From positions 62,001 through 120,213 of the forward strand of contig JAVECO010000059.1 of the NCBI GenBank assembly GCA_051942205.1: DNA of 58,213 bases, written 5' to 3'. The DNA comes from Coniocarpon cinnabarinum (taxonomy: Eukaryota). Below the pieces are notes generated by a model. That model was not told where the DNA came from and did not search any database. It worked only from the letters and a program-made list of their open reading frames with translations. Of the stretch, positions 47,577 to 58,213 are shown piece after piece. Positions within the stretch are counted from its first letter, which is position 1. Each line of letters begins with the position of its first letter. A program made the translations under genes and the position numbers.

Positions 47577-48845
47577 ATTTGCAATTACGCCATCCCAGAC
47601 GTATTTCAACAGCTTACCGGGGTATTCCTTGTTGCGTATGAGCAGTCTCGTCAATTACTCCGTACTATTGCGCACTGTCACTCCTTCAGCGGTTGTGTAT
47701 TCAGCCCCTTTCAGCCTAGCTTGGGTTTGGTGTAGCACTGCCATTGCCATGTGAAGAATATTGTAGCACCGGTCAAGATTGCTAAGAAATGCACGGTATA
47801 GCCAATTGCATCATTGGCCAGCGGCCGGTTGGGCAGCACGAGCGAGCGAGCTTCGTCAGAGCCTCAACCAGTACCACGCGGGGTGGATTCTGTCAAAGAT
47901 GAAAGGTCCAGGGAAGGTATGACAGCTGCTGTCAGCCCATGTGCCAATCAATCAGGCTGCAACGAGCGTGAGCAAGAGGTGGCACGATGTGTGGTGCAAG
48001 CGGCCGGGAAGAGGCATTTGAGCTTGATTGCAGGTGTAGCGATCCTGGTCGGCAAGGTCACCCAAAGAGCAGAAGCTGGCCGAAGGAGGACAAAGGCAGT
48101 AACAGAGATCGGAGCTAAGGTTGGGCGATGAAGCTGGATGGATGAAGAAGAGAGACAGGATTGGCTTAGGAGAAGCACGAAGGTACGGGTGGCATCTTGC
48201 CCAAGTACCCGCATAGGGACACTTGTCCCGCCTTACCTGTCTTGGACACACTTCTCGACACCACGTGCGCACTCTTTCGGCCTAGCGCCATTTAGTCATT
48301 GGTCGCCTCACTTTTACTTCTACTGCATTGCCAGTCTTGCAGTGATACGCGCCGTCGCCAGTACATCGACTCGCCGGACAGCAAGTTGCGTCGCGGCGCT
48401 GCAACGAGCCAGACGCTACGCCCTTGGCTTCACCCGGATCACCGCCGACGGCATAACGCCCAACGCTGCTTGCGCGACCAGCAGCGCCAGCTCTCCCCGC
48501 AGAAAGCACGACACCACGACGCCGCGGACACCTGACCGGCGCCTGCTCCCCTCGCTGCATGTTAAGTCCCCGCCCATCACCAGCCGCTCGCCCTTCTCCC
48601 TCTTTCCTCCTCGTCTCGCCACTGCTCGCCTTGCTGTTGCTCAGTGTTCCTCTCCCGTCTGCTGAACCACGGTTCTGTCTGTCAGTCATCCCCTGCTCCT
48701 CACTGCTCACGCGTCGTCATTCGCCAACCTCCTCATCTGCTCAAGAAGACTAACTCGAGCTTACAGCAGTCTAGTTGCGCTGACCCAGAACGCGTCCATC
48801 CGAAAGCCCACGCTTTCACCCCTGCCCGCCGTAGATCCTGACTCT

Positions 48846-50941
48846 ATGAACACTGATCAGCTTCAGAGATTCTTGGATCGAGAAAGAGCTGCGTTTGGTG
48901 ACGCTCACGCTGGAAAGTCTGTCCAGGAGAAAGACCGTCTCTGGTCCGCGTTCAAGGATCGATTGGTCGCTGGACTCACCGAAAGATCTGGCCTCCCTTC
49001 GTCTCTCCATCACGGTGTCTTGCTACCCATTCCCGGTGTGTCGAGCGGTCACCCCCAGCCTGGGGCAGTCACCGTACGAAGCTTTTGTCCTTCCGTGACC
49101 GACTTCAGCCCATTGTTTCTGACGCCAGACAGGCAACCGGAGTTGGTGCAACATCTACTCCTCCGCAAAGCTCTTCAATACAGTCCTCAGACCGCGGCAA
49201 TATGGCTGGCCTGGTCGTCCATTCGCCCCACTCTCATCCATTCCCAACCGGTCAATATGACTCGTCGCTTGGTGGACATCACCCGTTCCCCGCCATAGAG
49301 ACCCATTCTTCAAATGTGGATGTGGCCTCTGCAATCTACGACAATTCTGTATGGATGACCGAGCCACCGTGCACGTGTGGAGCAACGGCTCTGGCACAAG
49401 CTCAGCAGCTATCTTGTACTGGCTCCACTCCGGCATCCGCCCTCACGAGGTCCCCCGAGTCAGCAAACTTCCAGTCTGGCCTGCCTTGGTCGGCTCCCGC
49501 ACACAATGCGCCATTGGCTTCGCCTGGTTCTCTGTCAAGAGAGCCGGGGCCTGAGACCACGTCGGCAAGTGCTCCTGTCTTCCACAATATGCAATCGCCC
49601 TTTACGAGGGGTGAATTGGCTGACGCTGTTCGCAACACCACAACTGCCTCTCCAGACCCGTTGGGCAATGGCCACGCCTTGCCTTTGACTTCGGCTCAAG
49701 CCATGCCTCGCCAAGATGCAAGCATGGCTCAGACATATCAGCCTACTTTTCCTTCTATCGATAGTTCAATTTCCTTCTTTCCTTCCTCCGGCGCTCACGT
49801 ATATGGGTCGAGCCATTACGTGTCTGCTTCTGGGGATAGTAATATCACCAGCCATGCTCATCGAAATAGTCAAAATGTGAACGTACTTTCCTCTGTTCCA
49901 TGCTCTTGTCCGATGGCAACTGCTGCTGTGTCGTTTCCTCCTGATGCTTACGTTTCCTCCTTTGCGTCCAGTCACACATTCACGCAGAAGCAACACGCCA
50001 GTTCACCACCAGCTGGCCCAGCGCCAAGTAGTCAGGCGGTGAAGGAGGTCGAAATTCTGCCCAAACTGCCCTGTGGGGAGCAGGATCCGTCGCAAGCAGT
50101 TCCTGGCCAATTTCCGGGAGTCACGACGATTGATGGCGCACCAAAAATGCTCATTCCTCGTGCTCCATATGTCAAGCCGCAAAACAAGAAAAAGATGTGT
50201 CAGGATTGCAATGCCTGTCCTGAAGGATTTCGGGGAGATCATGAGCTCCGCCGGCATATGGAACGATGCCATAGTATGCTTAGCAAAAAATGGATATGTG
50301 TTGACCCAACGCCTGGCCAGAAATTTCTTGGCAACTGCAAGAGCTGCAAGCAACGCAAGACGTACAATGCCGACTACAATGCCGCTGCCCATCTGCGACG
50401 CGCTCATTTCTACCCCAAGAAACCAAAGGGCCGTCGACGAGGCAAGGTCGAAGAAAAGCGAGGGGGCAAAGGAGGTGGTGATCAGCCGCCTATGGAACAA
50501 ATCAGGAAGTATCTCGAGGAAGTGTATGCGCCTTCTAAACTACGCGACTGCCCGCCAATACCCGAAGATCCTTCATTAGGAGAGAAAACACCGAGCGGGT
50601 TAGCAACACCCACCTCCAGCATTCGTATGCAGCCTTTGGGTAGCCGAAAACGAAAACCCGAAGTATCAACGACGCAACCTGCGAATAACATCGCTGACAT
50701 GGATGCGTTGCCAACAAGTCCTCAGACAGTTGAATATCCAAATACGCCCAGCACAATGGCGTCAGCCCAGCTAGGCTCTTTCGACAACCTCTGGGTGACG
50801 AGCGAAGAAGGCAAGCCCCAGCCGACGGCCTTTGACGAGTCAATGGACTTGTATGCACACGACTTCAGCAGCGCGGGGGATACGAGCAACTCTGTTCCGG
50901 TCCTGGATCCACACTTTTTCCTTTCTGACTGGAACCAATGA
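48846..50941 (+). CDS. Atypical C2H2 zinc-finger protein, DUF7896/KLAP1 ('key lime pathogenicity')-like putative transcription factor
   Basis: C..C...PEGFRGDHELRRH..R.H, KWICVD, L.NCKSC...KTYNADYNAAAHLRRAHF and EEKRGGKGGGDQPPM; intron 49074-49132 joins the MNTDQLQRFLDRERAAF exon in frame. Confidence 0.85.
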
Positions 50942-51727
50942 GCGTCCGTTAGCTCTTGGTTCGGTCTGTTGTTTCTTTCATGTTAACTGTGTTTTGCTGT
51001 TTTTCCCGGAATACATGTAGACTATTTCGTGGCTGGCTGGCTCAAGATTTCTTTCTTTGTGTTATATTTCTGTTTTCGTCCTTGGGAAGTGTTAATGTGG
51101 ATGGGACATGGTCACGTCGAGAGACTGACCAGAAAGAGACAAGGACTTGCATGGGAGTGGTTGGCTGGTAGGGAACGTTACAACAGGACAATTCTGTTAC
51201 CTCAAAGGCGTTTTAGAGGGTATCTATTTGCGAATCCAGGGTTTGGGAAACGTGCGGCGAACGATAAGCAATGATACACGACCGCCTTCACAGGCAAATT
51301 ACGACTTAGGACATGATTTATCATTAAAGACGATATTGCTTTTTTACCAGCGCTTCCCAGACAGGCCTCCACGGTGAGGTTTTAGGCCCTGACGGTGATT
51401 TGCATCCCTGCATTCGTCACTTGTCTGGTATTACTGCGCCGCCGTTGTATCTCACTATGCCGCTTGTGTCGTGAAACGTGAGGCCCAGCCCTTTTGGACA
51501 GATGTCTTTGCAGTGCATGCCTGCGGGGGGAGGCGTATCAGGCGAAGCGGCCCATGCGGCGTTGGAGGTTGGGAGTGGTGAGAGTCCAGGAAAAGAAATC
51601 CAGATGTTTGGAATACGTGGCCAGTTTGGAAGCGGCAGCGAATCAGGAGGTGTGGTGGTTGCCGCCTCCTCGCCAAATGGGCGGGGGCCAAACCCTATAT
51701 CCGCTCCTCGAAGTCTGCATTGTCTGC

Positions 51728-53692
51728 CACGCGGTGATCAAAAGTAACGGGACACTAGTGAGTCTTGGTATTCGTTTTCACCAAATAATTAGTTCTTTTT
51801 TGCTATTATAGAACTAATTTGTGGCTAAGTTCATAGAAAAACGCACTATAGGTTTGCTATAATAAGATCTTTTTATAGCGATATTAAATTATTTAGAATT
51901 TATACTAAAATGTCTCTATATAGGCCTTAGAAACCGCTAAAAGTACTATTTAACTTAATAACTTAATAAAGGCGCTTAGGTATACTAAGATACTATTTAT
52001 TAAGTAATTCTTACTTAATATTATTATACTAGTTCTTATAAATAATTTTCTCTAATTTTATCTTTATTTAATATAGTACTAACTTTATATACTACTTTAA
52101 TAGTTACTAGGTATTGTTAACTAGTAAAAGATTAAAAAAAGTAGAATAATTAAAGTAATAATTAAGGTTATTCTAGTATTTCTACTCTTATATAATACTA
52201 GGCTTAAATTATAGTATACTATATACTAAGTCTTAATTCTTCTTAAGTATAAAGTTAGAATTTATAGACTACTAACCTTTTATAATACTATTTAATATAA
52301 CGTCTCTATAGTAAGAAGTAGTTATTTTACTATTTTTATTACTTTATATATTATATAAGTATAGTTAAGATTTAAAATTAAAGTCTACTATTTTTAAGTA
52401 TATACTTTATTTTTATATTTTAGTTATAGCTCTTATACTAGTTAGATATAATCTATATAATATTGCTTACTAGGTTTATAAATAATATACTACTTTTTTA
52501 AAAAGTTAAAGAAAAAGTATATCTTATTAGAAAAGTATATATTAAGCTAGTTTTTTTTAAGTAAATATCTATTTAATATGTTACGCCCTAGCCTTGCGCT
52601 AGCTTCTTAAAGGGCTAGGGATAGGCTAGACTACAATATACAATTAGAACGTTAAGGCTAATAGTATGCCTACCTTATATAATAAGTTAGATAGTAGTAG
52701 ATACCTACTATATAAGATACCTAACTAAGTAGCTATATATTTATAGTAGCTACCTTACTTACTAGTAGCTATCTTACCTACTAGTAGCTATCTATCTTAA
52801 AGTAACTACTAATAGTATACCTATATATATCTTAGTCTATATAGTTAAACTAGTAACTCTCTTTTATAAATAGTCTTTAGTCTATTAACTTATAATAAGT
52901 TTAGAATCTACTTTATTTCTTTAATACTTAAGTTACGTTTCTTATTTTTTATCTATTAAGCTCCTTATTAGAGCCTGTCTAGTATAGTTACTTACTAGCT
53001 TCCTTCCTATTAGACAAGAATAGGAGGATATAGCCTAAGCCTTTGTTTAGCTAGACGTAACATAATATAATTATTATAAATTACTTTTTTTTACTAAGTA
53101 AGTAGAGAATATTTATAACTTCTAGTATATAATATAATAATAATAATCTATTATACCTATTACTTATTAAAGTATAAGGCCTAAGATATTAATATTAGCT
53201 TTAAATACTAGCTAATCCTAAGTTAAATAGTAGCTCTAAAAGCTAAAAAAGATAAGAATTTATTTATATTCTTTTAACTACTTTAGATATATTTTTAATA
53301 GTCTTCTAAAGCGCTTATTATAACTATTTTTTATCTTTTTATTATTCTTATATAATAAGAGCGCTCTATAGTTGCTTTCTAAGTTAATAATATAAAAAAA
53401 AGTACTTCTAGAGGTATTAAAGTTATAAATAATATTTAATTAATATTAAAAGTCTTTTAAAAGCTTTCTAGTAAGAAAAAGATTATTAAAAAAGTAAATA
53501 TTACACTTTTAAGATATTTTAATTATATTACCTTCTTTATTAGCTACTTAGGTTTTAGATTTTAACTTTTATTACTAAGTTATAACCATTTTAGTAAGAA
53601 ATACTAAAAAAATAAAGTACCTTAGAGACGCGTCTGTAGGGGATAAGCATGCTAAGACTTACTAGTGTCGCGTTACTTTTGATCACCGCGTG
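51728..53692. mobile_element. RIP-degraded TIR DNA transposon (probably non-autonomous); 44-bp TIRs and a probable 5-bp TSD
   Basis: Left end 51728-51771 CACGCGGTGATCAAAAGTAACGGGACACTAGTGAGTCTTGGTAT matches the reverse complement of 53649-53692 at 40/44 (first 22 bp perfect); flanks TCTGC / TCCGC; interior extremely AT- and TpA-rich. Confidence 0.9.
52579..53062. mobile_element. Solo LTR (484 bp) nested in the TIR element, RIP-mutated
   Basis: Termini TGTTACG...CGTAACA (7-bp inverted repeat, TG..CA); perfect 5-bp TSD TAATA at 52574-52578 and 53063-53067; internal ~19-bp tandem units AGTAGCTA.CTTAC.TACT and a TATAAATA box near 52865. Confidence 0.88.
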
Positions 53693-53878
53693 TCCGCTTC
53701 TGTCACGCGCGGCCGACCACGCGGATGCAATGACCATCGCTGTCCATTCCTCTCGACTTCTTCATTGCCCGCGCTCGCTCCTTCCTGTTCTCACCATGGC
53801 CGTGCCCGATTTTGACGCTGTCTCACCCACTCCGCCAAAGTCTGTGCGCTTCAAGCGCAAGCGTAGAGCACGACCGCC

Positions 53879-56260
53879 ATGAACGACCAAGGTCTCCAGA
53901 AACCCATTTCAGATGCCAGCCATCAGCTCGATGGACCGTCACATGAGACAACTGAGGAGGAGGAGGAGGAGAGGGCCTTTCTAGATCCAAGGTCAGACAG
54001 GACCAGTATCGCGCATTGATCATTTCCAGCTAACGCATTCCAGCCGCTGGTGGTTTGCATCCACGGCATGTCCACTCATCGCTGGTGAGAGCCGACTGCC
54101 ACCGCGCGAGTTGGGTAGCACTTAACAATGTACCAGGAACTTTCGGTCCAATGGCCAATGCGTTCAGCATATGCGCGTTGGGCTCGTATTGGCGGGAGTA
54201 TGTCCCGCCTGGTGCTGATGACAGTCAAGGAATTGTCATTGCCGATCCGCACTGGTATGCTTAACGCTGAGCCCTTTGGCCTTCACGTTCTAACCATAAG
54301 CCAGGCTGCTCATTGTCAACGCCATATCACTGGCATCAGCTCTGGCTGCAAATGGCGCACTATTGATCAATATGGGCGGCAGACACCGGTTCGCCGTTGC
54401 ACAGGCCGTTACAATTTTTGGCTTCGCCATTGCAGCCGTCCTCTTACTTGGAATTATCGGCGCAACGTCACGTCAATCGTTCATTGGCCCTGCTGAGGAC
54501 CACGTCCTGACGCAAGCTTTCTACTATGCGATTTGGGCTGCGGGTAAGTGATGCTATTTACCATCGACTCGATCGTCAGGGAGCTGACTATTTATAGCCA
54601 TCTACATCATCGTCACGATACTGATGACGCTCACTTCACTCGGCGCTTGGTGGGGCAAGTATCCAAAGGAGTTCAATCTGACGCCCTCGCAGCGAACCTT
54701 GATGTTGCAAACGATCAGTTTCATGGCGTATCTACTTATAGGCGCTCTGATCTTCAGCACTGTAGAAAACTGGCGCTACTTAGACGCTGTGTATTTTGCA
54801 GACTTCACGCTCCTGACGATCGGCATCGGTCTTCCACTCACACCGGTGTCCCATACTGGAAGGGCACTCATCATTCCCTTTGCCTTGGGAGGAATCATGA
54901 GTGTCGGTCTGATCGTAGGGTCAATTCGATCCATGCTCCTTGAAGCTGGTGAAAAAAAAATGCGAGCTCGAACGACTGAAAAGGCTCGTGCTCGCGTTCA
55001 TTCCTTTGCGGATGTTAAGAACCACCGCCCAGGCCCTCTCCCAAATTCCAAAAAATACATCGAACCGGCGAGCATGCCGATTGAGGTAAGTGGAAGCCTT
55101 CAGACAATTTTGTCACTGCGGTCAAATGGAAGCTTGTCTTCATTGCACAAGCAAGCAACACGACGTGCTAACACATCTTTCTGCAGGAGAGACGTCGCCA
55201 AGAATTCAAAGCGATGCGTCAAATTCAGCGCCGTGCGTCCACGAGAGCTCGATGGTCTTCACTCGGACTGTCCATGGTCGCCGCGTTGGTTTTGTGGTTC
55301 ATTGGCGCCTTAGTGTTTGAGCACACAGAGCACAAGCAAGGCTGGAGCTATTTCGTCTCTCTCTACTTCACTTATATTTCTCTACTGACGATCGGATACG
55401 GAGACTTCCAACCGCTCTCAAATTCCGGCCGATCGTTTTTCGTGTTCTGGTCACTCCTTGCTGTCCCCACTTTGACCGTGCTGATCAGTGATATGGGAGA
55501 CACGGTCGTTAAGGGCATCGCCGAGGCAACAAACTGGATTGGCAGTATTACCATCCTGCCTCACCATATGGGCCGCAGTGCAGCTTGGCGAGAGGTTGCA
55601 GCCGCGACGTGGATGCTTTTCCATCCAGGTCTAACTGAGACCGACCATGAGCATGCAAAATCAGCCAAAGACGTCGAACGTACCGACAGTAATCGTCGCA
55701 TCGACTTTGCCTCGATGCTCCGCAAACGTCTCGGGAATGGGGGCATACATCATTGCAACTCCTTCACTCATGCTCAGGATCAATCCAAACATCATCAAGA
55801 TCACTTCTTCTATCACTGGGTCTTGGTCAGAGAGGTCAACAATGTTTGGAAAGACACGCAACTACCCGAACCTAAGGAATACACCTACGATGAATGGAAA
55901 TACTTCCTCAGGCTCCTCGGTCACGATGAGCATAAGCCTGAGCTGCAACGGCGCCCAAACCCAAGACCACACCGTGGGCTCGATGAAGAGCCGCAGATTG
56001 GACGACCAATCGATAAGCACGGAAGAATACGACCCTGGAGTTGGATGGGCTTTCGAAGCCCACTCATGAGTCCTAAGGATGACCCGACCTGGGTCTTGCA
56101 GCAGCTGGTAGCCAAAATGCAACGCGAGATGGATGACCAAGCGCTAGAAAGAACGGATGACTCCGACGTGTTACCGGTGTCGTTGGACATGCTGTCTGAT
56201 CTGGACCGTGCCAGCAGCGTCTCGGGATCGAGTAGCAAGCCTGAGCAGCAGGATGTGTAA
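53879..56260 (+). CDS. TOK1: Two-pore outward-rectifying K+ channel (TOK family), multi-exon
   Basis: MNDQGL...FLDPS|RWWFASTACPLIA|GTFGPMANAFSICAL; LTPSQRTLMLQTI; pore 1 YFADFTLLTIGIG; pore 2 YFTYISLLTIGYGD; FFVFWSLLAVPTLTVLIS. Confidence 0.93.
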
Positions 56261-57444
56261 GACGAGGAAGTTTTCTAATGGCAGTGACGACATTTCTATT
56301 TGACAGCCCGGCCAGCTGTTGCGACCACCCGTGCATCTGTTTCAGTGCCATGCTTCATTGACTACGGCTGAAATTGATCGCTAGTTTTGCACTCGTGCTC
56401 GTCACCTGAGAAGGCCAATGCATTGCTATCATATGCGTCGTGTTTGCGACAAGTCACGCTATCTTCTGTTGGTCATTGTGTCCGCGTCTTTGGCTCACTG
56501 GATTGAGCCATCCAACATCGCCTTATCGAGCGTACATTGTTTTCGGCGAAACAACTTTGTGTTACGTTCAACACTTTATTAAAAACCGTGAAGGTAATGC
56601 TTATGGAGATCTAAAGAGTGTAGTAACCAGCAAAATTGGCTGAGAGAGCCCACTGATTGACTTTTCTCCACAGGCTGATGCTGATACCCATTATCGCCGG
56701 CTGATATGGCAAATGCAAGCGAAGCCTCCAGCTACCCAAATCTCCTTTTAGCCAGAAGATAAAGACGGCACATTCGCTGACGGAATGTTCGAACGTAACA
56801 GAGTGTAAAGATGTATCCCTTTGAAGTATTAAACTACTGAATTGTAAAGGATTGGGCCGAACTTAGTAAGCATGAGACTTTGTCACTGCGATGCAAACCT
56901 TCAACAAAAATCTCAAGCGCGGCGAAGCGATCGAACCTAGGTCACGAGGCGACAAAGACTAGCTCATCCGCTGTGATGGCGAGGCGCAGAGTCGAATCTT
57001 CATCGATCAGAAGTCACACCATGCCACAAGTCACGACCCCGGCCGCCCTTTGGGCGAGAGGATGCGAGTTCATCGCGCGCGAAATATCCTCATCCTCTGC
57101 TTCTGCACGCTGTCTTGATGCTATGTTCCCCCCTCGGGTTCTGTCTTCATTTCTGTTGCTCGGATATCATCTCGTGTTACCATGCCTTTCACACCCGCGC
57201 CTTCTATTCGAGCAACTCATTGCAAGAGGTGAACAAAGCCAGATTGAGGCGACGGTAGCCGTCAAGGTCCAGCACTGCATCTTGACACGTCTCAGTGGCG
57301 TGGTCTCTTGCCTGACAGCATAACAGCATATCACGCACATACCTTCTGCGCTGAAGGCTCCTTAATCGCCACAGCTCTACATCAAGTCACAAAATCCTTC
57401 GAGGTCAACGTCAGATCCAATTATCGCTGGGCGTATCGTTCTTA

Positions 57445-58213
57445 ATGGACCCGCCATTCCCGTCAACATCTACGGTCTTCGTCATTGCTGCCGGCGCAAC
57501 ACCGCACTCCTCCCCATCTCACACCCCACCTCATAAACCAGGTTCTGCGCCATCTACACCCTTTCCCAAACCAACCACCACTCCGCTTGGACCTCCTGTA
57601 GAAGCACCTCCCACGTCCCATCACTCAAACGTGGCCATCTTCGCAGCCGCAATCGCAGGCACAATCGCCGTCCTGATCATCGCCGCGTTGCTCATCTGGC
57701 GCTACCGCCGTCATCGCCGCCGCAAGCATGCCCAAGACCAACCTTGGAATCCCAGCGACCCTTCGGGACTGAGACGGCTGGAGCAGCGCAACGCGAGTAC
57801 CGCGACTATTTGGAAACACGGGAGTACACTCCTTCGAGGTGATTCTGTCAAGACTTCAAGAACCAAATCAACGGTTCCGCCGCGTGCTGCGTCGCTTGAG
57901 CGACACCCTCATAACTCTGTGCGCCACGGCGCCCCATCTTCAGCGCCGTCGCCGCCCGATGGACCGGCTAGAACTGCAGCCATAGAATTGCAACGCGCAG
58001 AAGCGCAACGAGTAGAACAGGAATATCTGCAGCGCAAACGCTCCTGGAAAGAGCGAAATGCCTGGCCAGGGTACTATACTGAGCCGTATCAGACGCCGAA
58101 ATTGCGCGGAGAGGATCCCAGAATTGATGCTGAGGGGGGAATTATGTCGAGTCGGTTTAGCACTGATGAGGAGTTGCCTTTGGAGGGGAGACGGGGAGGT
58201 AGGAGGGTGAAGG
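57445..58213 (+). CDS. Single-pass membrane protein (Pro/Ser/Thr-rich N-terminus, TM helix, basic stop-transfer); runs off the window end
   Basis: Open frame from ATG 57445 to the window end: MDPPFPSTST...VAIFAAAIAGTIAVLIIAALLIW-RYRRHRRRK. Missing from the ORF track because it has no stop in the window. Confidence 0.7.
   Translation, partial: MDPPFPSTSTVFVIAAGATPHSSPSHTPPHKPGSAPSTPFPKPTTTPLGPPVEAPPTSHHSNVAIFAAAIAGTIAVLIIAALLIWRYRRHRRRKHAQDQPWNPSDPSGLRRLEQRNASTATIWKHGSTLLRGDSVKTSRTKSTVPPRAASLERHPHNSVRHGAPSSAPSPPDGPARTAAIELQRAEAQRVEQEYLQRKRSWKERNAWPGYYTEPYQTPKLRGEDPRIDAEGGIMSSRFSTDEELPLEGRRGGRRVK

Noticed and set aside
47814..48845. Multiple ORFs on both strands upstream of the zinc-finger gene
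   Set aside because: GC- and pyrimidine-rich leader typical of a long transcription-factor 5' region; the translations are low-complexity.
51728..53692. Classification of the TIR element as Tc1/mariner, or of its ends as true RAG recombination signals
   Set aside because: There is no TA TSD. CACGCGG matches the RSS heptamer CACAGTG at only 4 of 7 positions and lacks a 12/23-spaced nonamer.
1..58213. tRNA, rRNA, CRISPR array or secondary-metabolite cluster
   Set aside because: None recognised by eye; the isolated GTTCGA words I checked lacked cloverleaf context. tRNAscan-SE and snoRNA scans were not run.

Overview
Gene-dense, intron-containing DNA from a filamentous ascomycete (Pezizomycotina; the RIP-type decay seen here fits that group). 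Most of the window is conserved housekeeping genes: SLA2 3' end, an Nvj2-like SMP protein, the divergent RPS9/RPL21 pair, SSZ1, APC5, CIA30, SHY1, a UBX protein, RAC1, an F-BAR RhoGAP, CAB2, TMA22, a KLAP1/DUF7896-type zinc-finger protein and a TOK1 K+ channel. Four things stand out. (1) A complete TPP riboswitch aptamer lies in an unusually long 423-nt intron of a DUR31/NCU01977-like SSS-family transporter. (2) A RIP-eroded ~1.97-kb DNA element has 44-bp CAC-starting terminal inverted repeats and a probable 5-bp GC-rich target-site duplication (Transib-like hallmarks, not Tc1/mariner TA); it carries a nested solo LTR with a perfect 5-bp TSD and ends 187 bp upstream of the TOK1 ATG. (3) An accessory island at ~9.3-17.7 kb holds broken genes (Est1/Ebs1-like, DUF6919-like). 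(4) Two DUF7918-like paralogs sit in tandem. All exon boundaries and family calls were made by eye from remembered family motifs; no database searches were run.
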